Positions 1 through 17,260 of a DNA stretch of 64,000 nt are shown here, in pieces; position 1 is the first letter of the stretch, and each line of letters starts with the position of its first letter. The notes under the pieces are model-generated. The model did not search any database, was not told where the DNA came from, and was given only the letters and a program-made list of their open reading frames with translations. The DNA is from Macrostomum lignano. Taxonomy: Eukaryota. The stretch covers positions 1-64,000 of the forward strand of contig NIVC01003694.1 of the NCBI GenBank assembly GCA_002269645.1. The letters run 5' to 3'. The position numbers were made by a program, and so were the translations under genes.

Positions 1-1348
1 ATAGGCAAAGCAATTTATACATTTATACTATCTTATCTATTATTAGTTTTTTAGTCCTAAATATTATATTATATTTAGGAGGTATAAAAAATATAAAATA
101 TATTATAATGTCATTAGCAAGTAAGGATAGAGACTTTGATTTAGTAGCAATGATTTTATTCTTTTCTAAGTTATTGATTTATGCAATTTTTTATATTTTA
201 AATATATAAACAGAAAAACTGGAGCTTTCTAAGAACTCTTAGACTAAATAGGTTGCAAGGAAGAACTCTAGCTAGGCCCTAGCTACTAAGTATTTCAAGC
301 CTAAAAGTCACAAGGAGAACCATAAAAAAGTTAGTTATTATTTTTTGTTTCTCATTATTTTAAAAGAACTTTCCTTGGTAATATTTAATTAAGCCATATG
401 ACTAAGCCTAAACTTGGCTATTTTTTGTATAACAACTGTGTACACTTAATTTTGAATCTGAAAATTCTATACTAAGTCTTAATACTAAAGTTGGTACGTT
501 GTTTGTCTGTTTTGTGTGATACATATCTCCTCCTAGATGACAAGTCAGCGTTGAAACTTATATGGGAAAACTGCAAATTTTCCGAGGATGGCAGTGGGCT
601 ATTTCAATTTTTTATTTTCAAATTTTAAGATCCCTAAAAAGCAGAAATTGTAGAACAATAGGGGAATATGCCCATCTTGCATAATTTGCAATGATTGCGC
701 CACAACAGCTGGCCTATCTGTGCAGTGTATTCTTTCAGCTGAAAGGGTGTAAGCTTGGCTGGTTGACATTAATTTTTAGCGATTGCGCCACAACTGTGTG
801 CACTGAGAACTTAACCAAACCCCTTGTGTTGAGGGTGCTGGGGTGGCAGTGGAATTCAATGCTTTAAATTGGGATATTTCAAACGCCAACTTTTCCTCAA
901 GTTTTGAACTCTGAGAGAAGAGACTTATATTGCTGGAAAGATCTTTCAATGCTGACTTCGAGGATATAAGTTGTTTGCTTTAAATATGAAAGCAAAAAGC
1001 ACTGCATTCAAGAAGAGATTTCCATACTTTTAACTTTCTGCAAAGATTGTACTCATTTTATGGTTTCAATGGGGGTTCGACCGACCCCCTAACAGTTGGG
1101 GGGGGGGTTGAATTTCTAACCTTCACTGCGTATTGGAAGGGGTCGGTCACTGTGTATTGGAGGGTTGATTTAGATTGCGCAATTTTTTTCTTAACTTTAC
1201 TGAGATTGATACTGAATGACTATGAAATCGGTTGCGCATTCAATGATTCAATTGGTTCAATTTTTTTTATTGGCGCCTTTTAACATGCTGCTGTGTGTAG
1301 CTCTAACCCTAACCCTAACCATTGAATCCTAAGAGTTTATTCCTTTTG

Positions 1349-1675
1349 ACAGAGAAAATTTCGATTGAGTCCAGTTTCACGGAGAGAATTTCAATGGTTT
1401 TCAGTTTCTTGGAGAGGATTTCTGTCTTGCGGAGAGGATTTCGATGGTTTTCAGTTTCACAGAGAGGATTTCTGTTTCGTGGAGATAATTTTGATGTATT
1501 TCTGTTTTACGGAGACAATTTTGATGGATTTTAGTTTCACACAGAGGATTTCCTTGGAGTCCAGTTTCACGGAGACAATTTCTGTTTTGTGGAGAAGATT
1601 TCAATGGTGTTCAGTTGCATGGAGACGATTTCTGTTGCACGGAGAGGATTTCGATAGTGTTTAGTTTTGCGGTGA
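1349..1675. repeat. Degenerate 20/30-bp minisatellite (GAGAGGATTTCGATGGTTTTCAGTTTCACG-like)
   Basis: Recurring GGAGAGGATTTC...CAGTTTCAC units, preceded by CTAACCCTAACCCTAACC at 1303-1320. Confidence 0.7.
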
Positions 1676-2695
1676 GGAGTTGGATGATGGGATTCAGCTG
1701 GTGGATTTCAGGGAATGGAATTCCGGTGATAGGAGTTCTTCCCCTTTCTCCTCCAGCGGAGGAGTTGGCCTTGTATATGACTAAGATTGTTATCAAAGGC
1801 AAAAGTATTCCAAAATTTTCCACTTTTTATTTTCTATATGTTCCAAATTTTCCAGGTTATCTACCTTCAAGACTATAGGGGCCAGTTTAAATTAACTTAG
1901 TCACTTTGGATTTCTTCTTTGCAAATTCTTGTATCATGGCAATAATAATAAACTACATAAGTACATAAAACAAAGCTTATAAAGATCGGATATAGTATTT
2001 TTTAATTATTCATTTTATATTAGCTCGTAATTGATATATATATATTTGAACTACTTAGAATTCTCTAAAATGCATTAACTTACACTATTTAGCTATAATA
2101 ATGCATTTTATAAGGAAAGCAAAAGTAAAACTAAAAATAATAGTTTTTAGCAAGAAGCGGACTTTTTAAAGTTTAGTAAAATACTCTTATTTCTAAAAAT
2201 ATACTAAAAAATGATATATAAGCAACTTTATGCTTGGTATAAAATTGAAAAAAAACTATAATTTTCATACTAGTATGCTTGCCATGATCCAGACTATGGA
2301 CTAGGCCAAGGATACAAAGTCTAAGGAAAAAAACTAACAAAATTACCATTTGTCTCTTGTCTTACTATATGATATAAATGTTGATAAAAATAGTTCCCAG
2401 ATCTGCATTCCTAAATTCTAATATTTCAACCCTTAAAAGTTTAAACTAGGACCTTGACTTCTACTTGATTCTAATGATATGCATCCTACCTGACCTCTAA
2501 ACTAAAAAATAGAGAAAATTGGATAGCATATCAATAGAAATTTGATAGTTTGATTCTTTTAGTGTCATAACTACCTATCAAGTGTTGCATCAGTCAAGAC
2601 ACATGCTATGGCACAACAACCTATAATTTATCATAGAGAATTGTAGTTAGTTTCTATCTGGCCTCATATCATTATTGCATGAAATCATAAACATA

Positions 2696-2946
2696 CATGC
2701 GCAACAGTCGGCCGACCGATTTGGTGGCCAACCAAGGAAGTCGCAAAAATACCCACCCAAAAAAATACCCCCAAGTAATAGTACTAAGTAGCTGACGAGG
2801 CCTTCTGTCTTAATAAGACAGTCATAGTTACTCCTGCCGTTTACCCTAAGTTGCGATTATTTTGCTTTAGGGTTTTTTACATGTAAGTCGCATTTTTGGC
2901 CTAAAACTAAGTCGCACGGCCGACCGAAATTTCGAGGTTGCGCATG
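2696..2946. mobile_element. MITE with CATGCGCAAC terminal inverted repeats and TA target duplication (Tc1/mariner-type signature)
   Basis: TA|CATGCGCAAC (2696-2705) ... GTTGCGCATG|TA (2937-2946); internal direct repeats CGGCCGACCGA near both ends and AAGTCGCA three times. Confidence 0.7.
2783..2846 (-). pseudogene. Short degenerate 28S rRNA fragment (helix 69 region) inside the MITE
   Basis: Reverse complement GGGTAAACGGCAGGAGTAACTATGACTGTCTTA-TTAAGACAGAAG-GCCTCGTCAGCTACTTAGT aligns without gaps to the conserved 28S GGGTAAACGGCGGGAGTAACTATGACTCTCTTA-AGGTAGCCAAAT-GCCTCGTCATCTAATTAGT (51/64 by my count; reference recalled from memory). Confidence 0.85.
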
Positions 2947-3027
2947 TATGATCAAAATAAAAAAAATCATTTTGGTATTTCACCTGCCTGGACAGATCTC
3001 ACGTCGAACACGGAATGGCCCGCCAGG

Positions 3028-8109
<5,082 letters not shown>

Positions 8110-8253
8110 TTGCCGTGTTGTACATTGTGCATACATCTATTGTTGCAGTCTGTGCCTATTTGAAAATAATATGTGTTTTATTGCTTGAGAGAATGTACTT
8201 TAAGGCAATTTATGTCCCAACGGACTAATTTATTTAATCCACAATTAATGCAA

Positions 8254-8895
8254 CCTTGAGAATCGCCCCATACAGCATTTGAGAATCGCCCCGACAACCT
8301 TGAGAATCGCCCCAGAAAACACTGAGAATCACCCAGACAACCTTGGGAATCGCCCCAGACAACCTTGGGAATCACCCCAGACAACCTTGGAATCACCCCA
8401 GACAACCTTGAGAATCGCCCCGCCCCAGACAACCTTGAGAATCGCCCCTCCCCAGACAACCTTGGGAATCACCCCAGACAACCTTGGAATCACCCCAGAC
8501 AACCTCGGGAATCACCCCAGACAACCTTGAGAATCGCCCCAGACAACCTTGAGAATCGCCCCAGACAACCTTGATAATCGCCCCAGACAACCTTGAGAAT
8601 CACCCCAGACAACCTTGAGAATCGCCCCAGACAACCTTGGGAATCGCCCCGCCCCAGACAGCCTTGAGAATCACCCCAGACAACCTTGGGAATCACCCCA
8701 GACAACCTTGAGAATCGCCCCGCCGCAGACAACCTTGAGAATCGCCCCGCCCCAGACAACCTTGAGAATCACCCAGACACCTTGAGAAGAGAATCTGCAC
8801 CTCAGACAACCTTAAGAATCGCCCCAGACAACCTCAAAAATCGCTTCAGACAACCTTGAGAATCGCCCTACACATCAGTGAAAATCGCCTTAGAC
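8254..8895. repeat. ~22-bp minisatellite GACAACCTTGAGAATCGCCCCA between KLHL20 and ENDOG
   Basis: Tandem units read directly. Confidence 0.95.
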
Positions 8896-9571
8896 AAACT
8901 GTACGGTTTATTTTCTGTACTAATTTTTTTTAATTCAAACAATTTATGTGGTTTCACTTAACCTACTTTGAGTAGTTTGGCTAGCTAGTTTTTACAGTAG
9001 CCTGTCTTTCTCTGTCCACCCCTAGCACTATTGAAACTGTTTTTTAATACCCCTACTTAAAATGAATATTTGTTTAATATTTGTTAACTAAACTAATTTA
9101 CAATCTGACCTGTAAAAGACTAATAAGCAACCTTGTTAAGATTTTCCATTCTATGGTCTGAAATTCTTTGCATGCTACTCCATAAGTAGTAGTTTTTGTA
9201 TAGGGCGTTCATAATTTATTTCGATTCTCATATATTCAGATATTTGATATCTCCAAATGAATAAATATCAATTGACTTGCGTATCCATGCAGATTATTAT
9301 GCAAATATTTTACAAAATATACAAATGTACTCTGATTTAAAAAATTGTATTATATAAAACAATTGATATTGTAAGTTTATATGTGCAGTACGGAATACTT
9401 TGCTTTTTGAAAAATGCTCTCGATTTCTTTGAATCTCAGTTCGCTTAGTTATTTAGTAAAAAAGTTGTCAATATATCGATAGAAAATAGTTTTTTTTACG
9501 CTTACCTACTTGAAGTAGCAAAAAAGAATTTTACAATCAGAATTAGTTTTTCCCGCAAAAATAAATAATTT

Positions 9572-11394
9572 ATGTCGCAAAAAATCTTACTAAAAGCGGC
9601 AGCTGCCGCAGGCAGTTTATTATCAGCCGGTTTCGTTGGCTACTCAATCGGCAAAGACGGTAATAAATCTGAATTTCGAGCAGGCGCTGTAGCCAATGCT
9701 TCAACTAGTTCGTCACAGAACGCCCTGTTGCCAATGCCAACAACTCAGTTGCCTAGCAACTCCAATAGTCGAGCCCAACAGATTCTGCGTTTCGGCTCGC
9801 CAACAACAGATTCTAATGTGAAACTATTCGACGATTATGTGCTGGCTTACGACAGGAGACTTCGAATACCTGCGTGGGTTGTTGAACGACTCGATAATCA
9901 GAGCCGACCGAATCCGGCCTCAACCAGTTCGGTTGTGGACCGAGCCGGATTCGAGTTCTATGAGGATTTGGCCCAGCATCCGTATTTTCGGGCCAGCAAC
10001 TCTGACTATGCCGGAAGCGGCTACGACCGAGGGCACATGGCGGCTGCTGGCAACCACAAGAGCAGCAGTGCGTCCTGTCTGCAGACTTTCATTCTCAGCA
10101 ATATCTGTCCACAGGTGAGAGATGTCATCATCAAACTCGTCATTACATTATACAAAACTTTTCGGAATTGGCTTTTGAAAAAAAGTACAAACCGAAAAGT
10201 CTCACAAAATCACATTTGGAATCGCCGTTCTTTAAAATCGGCTCTAAATCTTCTTTTAAAAGACGCCTTTAAATCCCCTTGGTAATCGCTTCTAAATTTT
10301 CTTAAGAATCGCCCCAAAATCCATCAAAATTGCCTCTAAATCCCCTTGATAATCGCCTCTAAATCCCCTTGATAAGGGCATCTTAATCCCCTTGATAAGG
10401 GCCCTAAATCCCCTTGATAAGGGCCCCTAAATCCCCTTGATAATCGCCTCTAAATCTCCTTGATAATCGCCTCTAAATCCCCTTGATAAGGACATCTTAA
10501 TCCCCTTGATAAGGGCCCCTAAATCCCCTTGACAAGGGCCCCTAAATCCCCTTGATAAGGGCCCCTAAATCCCCTTGACAAGGGCCCCTAAATCCCCTTG
10601 ACAAGGGCCCCTAAATCCCCTTGATAAGGGCCCCTAAATCCCCTTGATAAGGGCCCCTAAATCCCCTTGATTAGGGCATCTAAATCCCCTTGATAAGGGC
10701 CCCTAAATCCCCTTGATAAGGGCATCTTAATCCCCTTGATAAGGGCCCCTAAATCCCCTTGATAAGGGCCCCTAAATCCCCTTGATTAGGGCATCTAAAT
10801 CCCCTTGATAAGGGCCCCTAAATCCCCTTGATTAGGGCATCTAAATCCCCTTGATAAGGGCCCCTAAATCCCCTTGATTAGGGCATCTACTAAATCCCCT
10901 TGATAAGGGCCCCTAAATCCCCTCAAAAATCGTTTCTAAATCAACCTTGAAAATCATCTCTAAATCTCCTTTGAATATCGCCCCTAAAATGGCAGGTAGG
11001 CAACGGCTTCAACCGGCACCTGTGGAACAGTCTCGAACGCTACATACGCAGTCTAACCAAGCACTACTCAGCCGTATACGTGTGCACCGGCCCCCTATTC
11101 CTGCCTACTCAACACTCCGGTTCTAAACGAAAATTTGTTCAATACGAAGTTCTTGGCAGCAATTCTGTTGCTGTGCCAACTCACTTCTTCAAAGTGGTGC
11201 TGCTTGAGACACCTGCCCAGCAGTTTGAGCTGCTCTGCTATCTGGTGCCGAACATGGCTCACCCGGTGAACCCGGAGCCCAGTCTCGACCTGTTTCTCGT
11301 GCCGCTTGACGCCATTGAACGGGCGGCTGGTTTTCTTATATTCGATCAGGTTCAGAAAAGTCGAATTGTTCGAGTTAATAAGCAACCGGTCTGA
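9572..11394 (+). CDS. ENDOG: Endonuclease G (mitochondrial-type DNA/RNA non-specific beta-beta-alpha-Me nuclease), 2 exons, ~313 aa
   Basis: Exons 9572-10114 and 10996-11394 (phase 0, CCACAG|GTGAGA ... GGCAG|GTAGGC). Intact DRGH motif (YDRGHMAAAGNH), TFILSNICPQ|VGNGFNRHLWNSLE, VAVPTHFFKV, IERAAG; basic/hydrophobic N-terminus. Confidence 0.93.
10290..10990. repeat. 23-bp minisatellite AAATCCCCTTGATAAGGGCCCCT, ENDOG intron
   Basis: Tandem units read directly. Confidence 0.95.
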
Positions 11395-11534
11395 GCTTGT
11401 TTGTTAATTCTTAGTAAAAATATATGCTTTCAATTATAGCTCGTAGCTCTTAGTTTCAATTTTACATACTTTGTGTATCTGTTGTCCGCTGCACAGACAA
11501 AATGGAATCTTGTCTTCTGTTTAAGTACTTTTTC

Positions 11535-14500
11535 GTTGCTGGGTCAGCTGGGCCAGCCTCTCAGATCCTCAGTTGCTGAGCCAGCCTCTCAGATCCTCAG
11601 TTGCTGGGCCAGCCTCTCAGAGTGTCAGTTGCTGGGCCAGCCTCCCAGAGTGTCAGTTGCTGGGCCAGCCTCCCAGAGTTTCAGTTGCTGGGCCAGCCTC
11701 CCAGATCCTCAGTTGCTGGGCCAGCCTCCCAGATCCTCATTTACTGGGCCAGCCTCCCAGATCCTCAGTTGCTGGGCCAGCCTCCCAGAGTGTCAGTTGC
11801 TGGTCCAGCCTCCCAGAGTGTCAGTTGCTGGGCCAGCCTCCCAGAGTGTCAGTTGCTGGGCCAGCCTCCCAGATCCTCATTTGTTGGGCCAGCCTCCCAG
11901 ATCCTCAGTTGCTGGGCCAGCCTCTCAGAGTGTCAGTTGCTGGGCCAGCCTCCCAGAGTGTCAGTTGCTGGGCCAGCCTCCCAGATCCTCAGTTGCTGGG
12001 CCAGCCTCCCAGACTGTCAGTTGCTGGGCCAGCCTCCCAGATCCTCAGTTGCTGGGCCAGCCTCCCAGATCCTCATTTACTGGGCCAGCCTCCCAGATCC
12101 TCAGTTGCTGGGCCAGCCTCCCAGAGTGTCAGTTGCTGGTCCAGCCTCCCAGAGTGTCAGTTGCTGGGCCAGCCTCCCAGAGTGTCAGTTGCTGGGCCAG
12201 CCTCCCAGATCCTCAGTTGTTGGGCCAGCCTCCCAGATCCTCAGTTGCTGGGCCAGCCTCTCAGAGTGTCAGTTGCTGGGCCAGCCTCCCAGAGTGTCAG
12301 TTGCTGGGCCAGCCTCCCAGATCCTCAGTTGTTGGGCCAGCCTCCCAGATCCTCAGTTGCTGGGCCAGCCTCCCAGACTTTCAGTTGCTGGGCCAGCCTC
12401 CCAGATCCTCAGTTGTTGGGCCAGTCTCCCAGATCCTCAGTTGCTGGGCCAGCCTCCCAGACTGTCAGTTGCTGGGCCAGCCTCCCAGATCCTCAGTTGC
12501 TGGGCCAGCCTCCCAGATCCTCATTTACTGGGCCAGCCTCCCAGATCCTCAGTTGCTGGGCCAGCCTCCCAGAGTGTCAGTTGCTGGGCCAGCCTCCCAG
12601 AGTGTCAGTAGCTGAGCCAGCCTCCCAGATCCCCAGTTGCTGGGCCAGCCTCTCAGATCCTCAGTTGCTGGGCCAGCCTCCCAGACTGTCAGTTGCTGGG
12701 CCAGCCTCCCAGATCCTCAGTTGCTGGGCCGGCCTCCCAGATCCTCATTTACTGGGCCAGCCTCCCAGATCCTCAGTTGCTGGGCCAGCCTCCCAGAGTG
12801 TCAGTTGCTGGTCCAGCCTCCCAGAGTGTCAGTTGCTGGGCCAGCCTCCCAGAGTGTCAGTTGCTGGGCCAGCCTCCCAGATCCTCATTTGTTGGGCCAG
12901 CCTCCCAGATCCTCAGTTGCTGGGCCAGCCTCTCAGAGTGTCAGTTGCTGGGCCAGCCTCCCAGAGTGTCAGTTGCTGGGCCAGCCTCCCAGATCCTCAG
13001 TTGCTGGGCCAGCCTCCCAGACTGTCAGTTGCTGGGCCAGCCTCCCAGATCCTCAGTTGCTGGGCCAGCCTCCCAGATCCTCATTTACTGGGCCAGCCTC
13101 CCAGATCCTCAGTTGCTGGGCCAGCCTCCCAGAGTGTCAGTTGCTGGTCCAGCCTCCCAGAGTGTCAGTTGCTGGGCCAGCCTCCCAGAGTGTCAGTTGC
13201 TGGGCCAGCCTCCCAGATCCTCATTTGTTGGGCCAGCCTCCCAGATCCTCAGTTGCTGGGCCAGCCTCTCAGAGTGTCAGTTGCTGGGCCAGCCTCCCAG
13301 AGTGTCAGTTGCTGGGCCAGCCTCCCAGATCCTCAGTTGCTGGGCCAGCCTCCCAGACTGTCAGTTGCTGGGCCAGCCTCCCAGATCCTCAGTTGCTGGG
13401 CCAGCCTCCCAGATCCTCATTTACTGGGCCAGCCTCCCAGATCCTCAGTTGCTGGGCCAGCCTCCCAGAGTGTCAGTTGCTGGTCCAGCCTCCCAGAGTG
13501 TCAGTTGCTGGGCCAGCCTCCCAGAGTGTCAGTTGCTGGGCCAGCCTCCCAGATCCTCAGTTGTTGGGCCAGCCTCCCAGATCCTCAGTTGCTGGGCCAG
13601 CCTCTCAGAGTGTCAGTTGCTGGGCCAGCCTCCCAGAGTGTCAGTTGCTGGGCCAGCCTCCCAGATCCTCAGTTGTTGGGCCAGCCTCCCAGATCCTCAG
13701 TTGCTGGGCCAGCCTCCCAGACTTTCAGTTGCTGGGCCAGCCTCCCAGATCCTCAGTTGTTGGGCCAGCCTCCCAGATCCTCAGTTGCTGGGCCAGCCTC
13801 CCAGACTGTCAGTTGCTGGGCCAGCCTCCCAGATCCTCAGTTGCTGGGCCAGCCTCCCAGATCCTCATTTACTGGGCCAGCCTCCCAGATCCTCAGTTGC
13901 TGGGCCAGCCTCCCAGAGTGTCAGTTGCTGGGCCAGCCTCCCAGAGTGTCAGTAGCTGGGCCAGCCTCCCAGATCCCCAGTTGCTGGGCCAGCCTCTCAG
14001 ATCCTCAGTTGCTGGGCCAGCCTCCCAGACTGTCAGTTGCTGGGCCAGCCTCCCAGATCCTCAGTTGTTGGGCCAGCCTCCCAAATCCTCAGTTGCTGGG
14101 CCAGCCTCCCAGACTGTCAGTTGCTGGGCCAGCCTCCCAGATCCTCAGTTGCTGGGCCAGCCTCCCAGATCCTCATTTACTGGGCCAGCCTCCCAGATCC
14201 TCAGTTGCTGGGCCAGCCTCCCAGAGTGTCAGTTGCTGGGCCAGCCTCCCAGAGTGTCAGTAGCTGGGCCAGCCTCCCAGATCCCCAGTTGCTGGGCCAG
14301 CCTCTCAGATCCTCAGTTGCTGGGCCAGCTTCCCAGATCCTCAGTTGCTGGGCCAGCCTCCCAGATCCTCAGTTGCTGGGCCAGCCTCCCAGATCCTCAG
14401 TTGCTGGGCCGGCCTCCCAGATCCTCAGTTGTTGGGCCAGCCTCTCAGATCCTCATTTACTGGGCCAGCCTCCCAGATCCTCAGTTGCTGGGCCAGCCTC

Positions 14501-14597
14501 CCAGAGTGTCAGTTGCTGGGCCAGTCTCCCAGAGTGTCAGTAGCTGGGCCAGTCTCCCAGATCCCCAGTTGCTGGGCCAGCCTCTCAGATCCTCATT
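11535..14597 (+). repeat. ~3-kb array of the 28-bp GCTGGGCCAGCCTCCCAG minisatellite downstream of ENDOG
   Basis: About 109 units by length (3060/28), with higher-order structure (see findings). Confidence 0.97.
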
Positions 14598-15262
14598 CTA
14601 GCCTTTTCCAATACAATCTGCGGCAGTAATAAAGTTAAAAAACTTTAATCTTTGACTCGGCTTGTATTACGTCAAACGCAGAAAAAACATTTCAAGTGGA
14701 AAAAGCAAGTGAAGCCGCAATGTTTCTCTAGCAAAAACTTTTTAATTACCGACTGCCCAGGCAAGCTGACAGCTGAAATCTTGAAGGAAGATTATTATAA
14801 TTTTCCGTGGACAAAGAAGCCCTTTAAAGCTGCTGTTTATTAAAAAAATTCTTGTCGCTTTCGAAGCCTATGACGTGTTTGTTAACCTGAAGAATTTGTT
14901 GCTACGACTAGACCGGAGGGTTAAAGTCCGCTGAAAGATTAGCTAGGGATTCTTTTTAGTTACAAAATCGCGACACACGAAAGGTATGCAATTGAGCACC
15001 GCTAATCCTAGTCTAATCCATTCAGATTAAGCTTTTGCTGGGTTTATAATCCATTTTGTCTATGTAGATTAATTCCTACTTAAAGGGATAAGCCCTTGTG
15101 TAATGCGCAGTTCCGTGAAACACTCTGCATGCAGCAGTCTAGCCACAGTTGTCAATCAGCCTGATCAATCCTGTTGCCCAGTAATTTTCGGTGTCCTGAA
15201 GTGGGCCAACAAAAATCATAAATCTTTGTTTTCTCTTAAAATCTGCACACAAACCCCCCATA

Positions 15263-16787
15263 CAGCACCCATAGACACACACAGCACCTATAGACACACA
15301 CAGCACCCACAGACACACAGCACCTATAGACACACAGCACCCATAGACACAGCACCCATAGACACACAGCACCCATAGACACAGCACCCATAGACACACA
15401 GCACCCATAGACACACAGCACCCATAGACACACACAGCACCCACAGACACACAGCACCCATAGACACACACACACAGCACCCATAGACACACACACACAG
15501 CACCCATAGACACAGCACCCATAGACACACAGCACCCATAGACACAGCACCCATAGACACACAGCACCCATAGACACACAGCACCCATAGACACACACAG
15601 CACCCACAGACACACAGCACCCATAGACACACACACACAGCACCCATAGACACACACACACAGCACCCATAGACACTCACAGCACCCACAGACACACAGC
15701 ACCTATAGACACACAGCACCCATAGACACACACAGAACCCATAGACACACACAGCACCCATAGACACAGCACCCATAGACACACAGCACCCATAGACACA
15801 CACAGCACCCATAGACATACACAGCACCCATAGACACACACAGCACCCATAGACACACTCAGCACCCATAGACACACACAGCACCCATAGACACACACAG
15901 CACCCATAGACACACACAGCACCCATCGACACACACAGCACCCACAGACACACAGCACCCATAGACATACACAGCACCCATAGACATACACAGCACCCAT
16001 AGACATACTCGGAACCCATAGACATCCATAGCACCCATAGACACACACAGAACCCATAGACACACACAGAACCCATAGACACACACAGAACCCATAGACA
16101 CACACAGCACCCATAGACACACACAGAACCCATAGACACACAGCACCCATAGACACAGCACCCATAGACACACAGCACCCATAGACACACAGCACCCATA
16201 GACACACACAGCACCCACAGACACACAGCACCCATAGACACACACACACAGCACCCATAGACACACACACAGCACCCATAGACACACACAGCACCCACAG
16301 ACACACAGCACCTATAGACACTCAGCACCCATAGACACACACAGAACCCATAGACACACACAGCACCCATAGACACAGCACCCATAGACACAGCACCCAT
16401 AGACACACAGCACCCATAGACACACACAGCACCCATAGACATACACAGCACCCATAGACACACACAGCACCCATAGACACACACAGCACCCATAGACACA
16501 CACAGCACCCATAGACACACACAGCACCCATCGACACACACACAGCACCCACAGACACACAGCACCCATAGACATACACAGCACCCATAGACATACTCGG
16601 AACCCATAGACATCCATAGCACCCATAGACACACACAGAACCCATAGACACACACAGAACCCATAGACACACACAGAACCCATAGACACACACAGCACCC
16701 ATAGACACACACAGAACCCATAGACATCCATAGCACCCATAGACCCACACAGAACCCATAGACACACACAGAACCCATAGACACACG
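15263..16787. repeat. 15-21-bp minisatellite CACAGCACCCATAGA(CA)n
   Basis: Read directly; unit length varies with the CA run. Confidence 0.96.
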
Positions 16788-16825
16788 CAGCGTAGTAGTA
16801 TGAAAATGGTACAGTATGGCGCACG

Positions 16826-16935
16826 TCGCTGATTGGCTGGCTAATGGGTGCTGGCCCATGGGTGTCTATGGGTGCTGGGCTGGCCAATCAGCGAGGGGGA
16901 GCCAATCAGCGATGAGGCCCCGGGGGCGGGGCAGG
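16826..16935 (+). promoter_or_regulatory. Candidate promoter (three CCAAT boxes and a GC box), possibly for the GPCR
   Basis: CTGATTGGC, GCCAATCAG twice and GGGGCGGGG within ~110 bp; downstream donor AA|GTAAGC at 17063 and acceptor TTTTACAG| at 18210 would give a non-coding first exon. Function is inferred. Confidence 0.35.
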
Positions 16936-17067
16936 CTGAGGGAGGTGGCAGGCCCAGAGGTGGGGTCCGGCAGGCCCAGGGATGGGGTCCAGCAAGCCTA
17001 GGGGTGGGGTCGAGCAGCCAAGGGTAGGGTCGAGCAGGCCAGATGAGGGGTCGGGCAGTTAAGTAAG

Positions 17068-17260
17068 CCATAGCCACATCCATAGCCACAGCCACAGCCA
17101 TAGCCACAGTCATTGCCACAGCCATAGCCACAGCCATTGCCACAGAAAGCCATAGCCACAGTCATAGCCACAGCCACAGCCATAGCCACAGCCATTGCCA
17201 CAGAAAGCCATAGCCACAGCCATAGGCACAGCCACAGCCATAGCCACAGCCACAGCCATA
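17068..17260. repeat. (GCCATA/GCCACA)n hexamer repeat
   Basis: Read directly. Confidence 0.9.

Noticed and set aside
1303-1320. Telomeric (TAACCC)3
   Set aside because: Only three units, internal and adjacent to a minisatellite; such short tracts are common inside invertebrate repeats and do not indicate a chromosome end or fusion.
1-2690. AT-rich start of the window resembling a mitochondrial insertion
   Set aside because: I could not recognise any mitochondrial protein, rRNA or tRNA motif.
2783-2846. Functional 28S rRNA gene
   Set aside because: Only 64 nt, non-compensatory changes in helix 69, and no flanking rRNA sequence.
11535-14597. Nuclease gene next to a repeat array, resembling a CRISPR-like system
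   Set aside because: The variable parts are 10-nt variants of one sequence, not unique spacers. ENDOG is an ordinary intron-containing eukaryotic gene, and the same array occurs inside unrelated genes.
11473-14629. Long ORFs (up to 896 aa) of LLGQPPRSSVAGPASQILSCWASLPDPQ, also at 2948-3905, 38674-39245 and 43264-44342
   Set aside because: They are translations of a stop-free 28-bp repeat, open in all three frames; not evidence of a protein.
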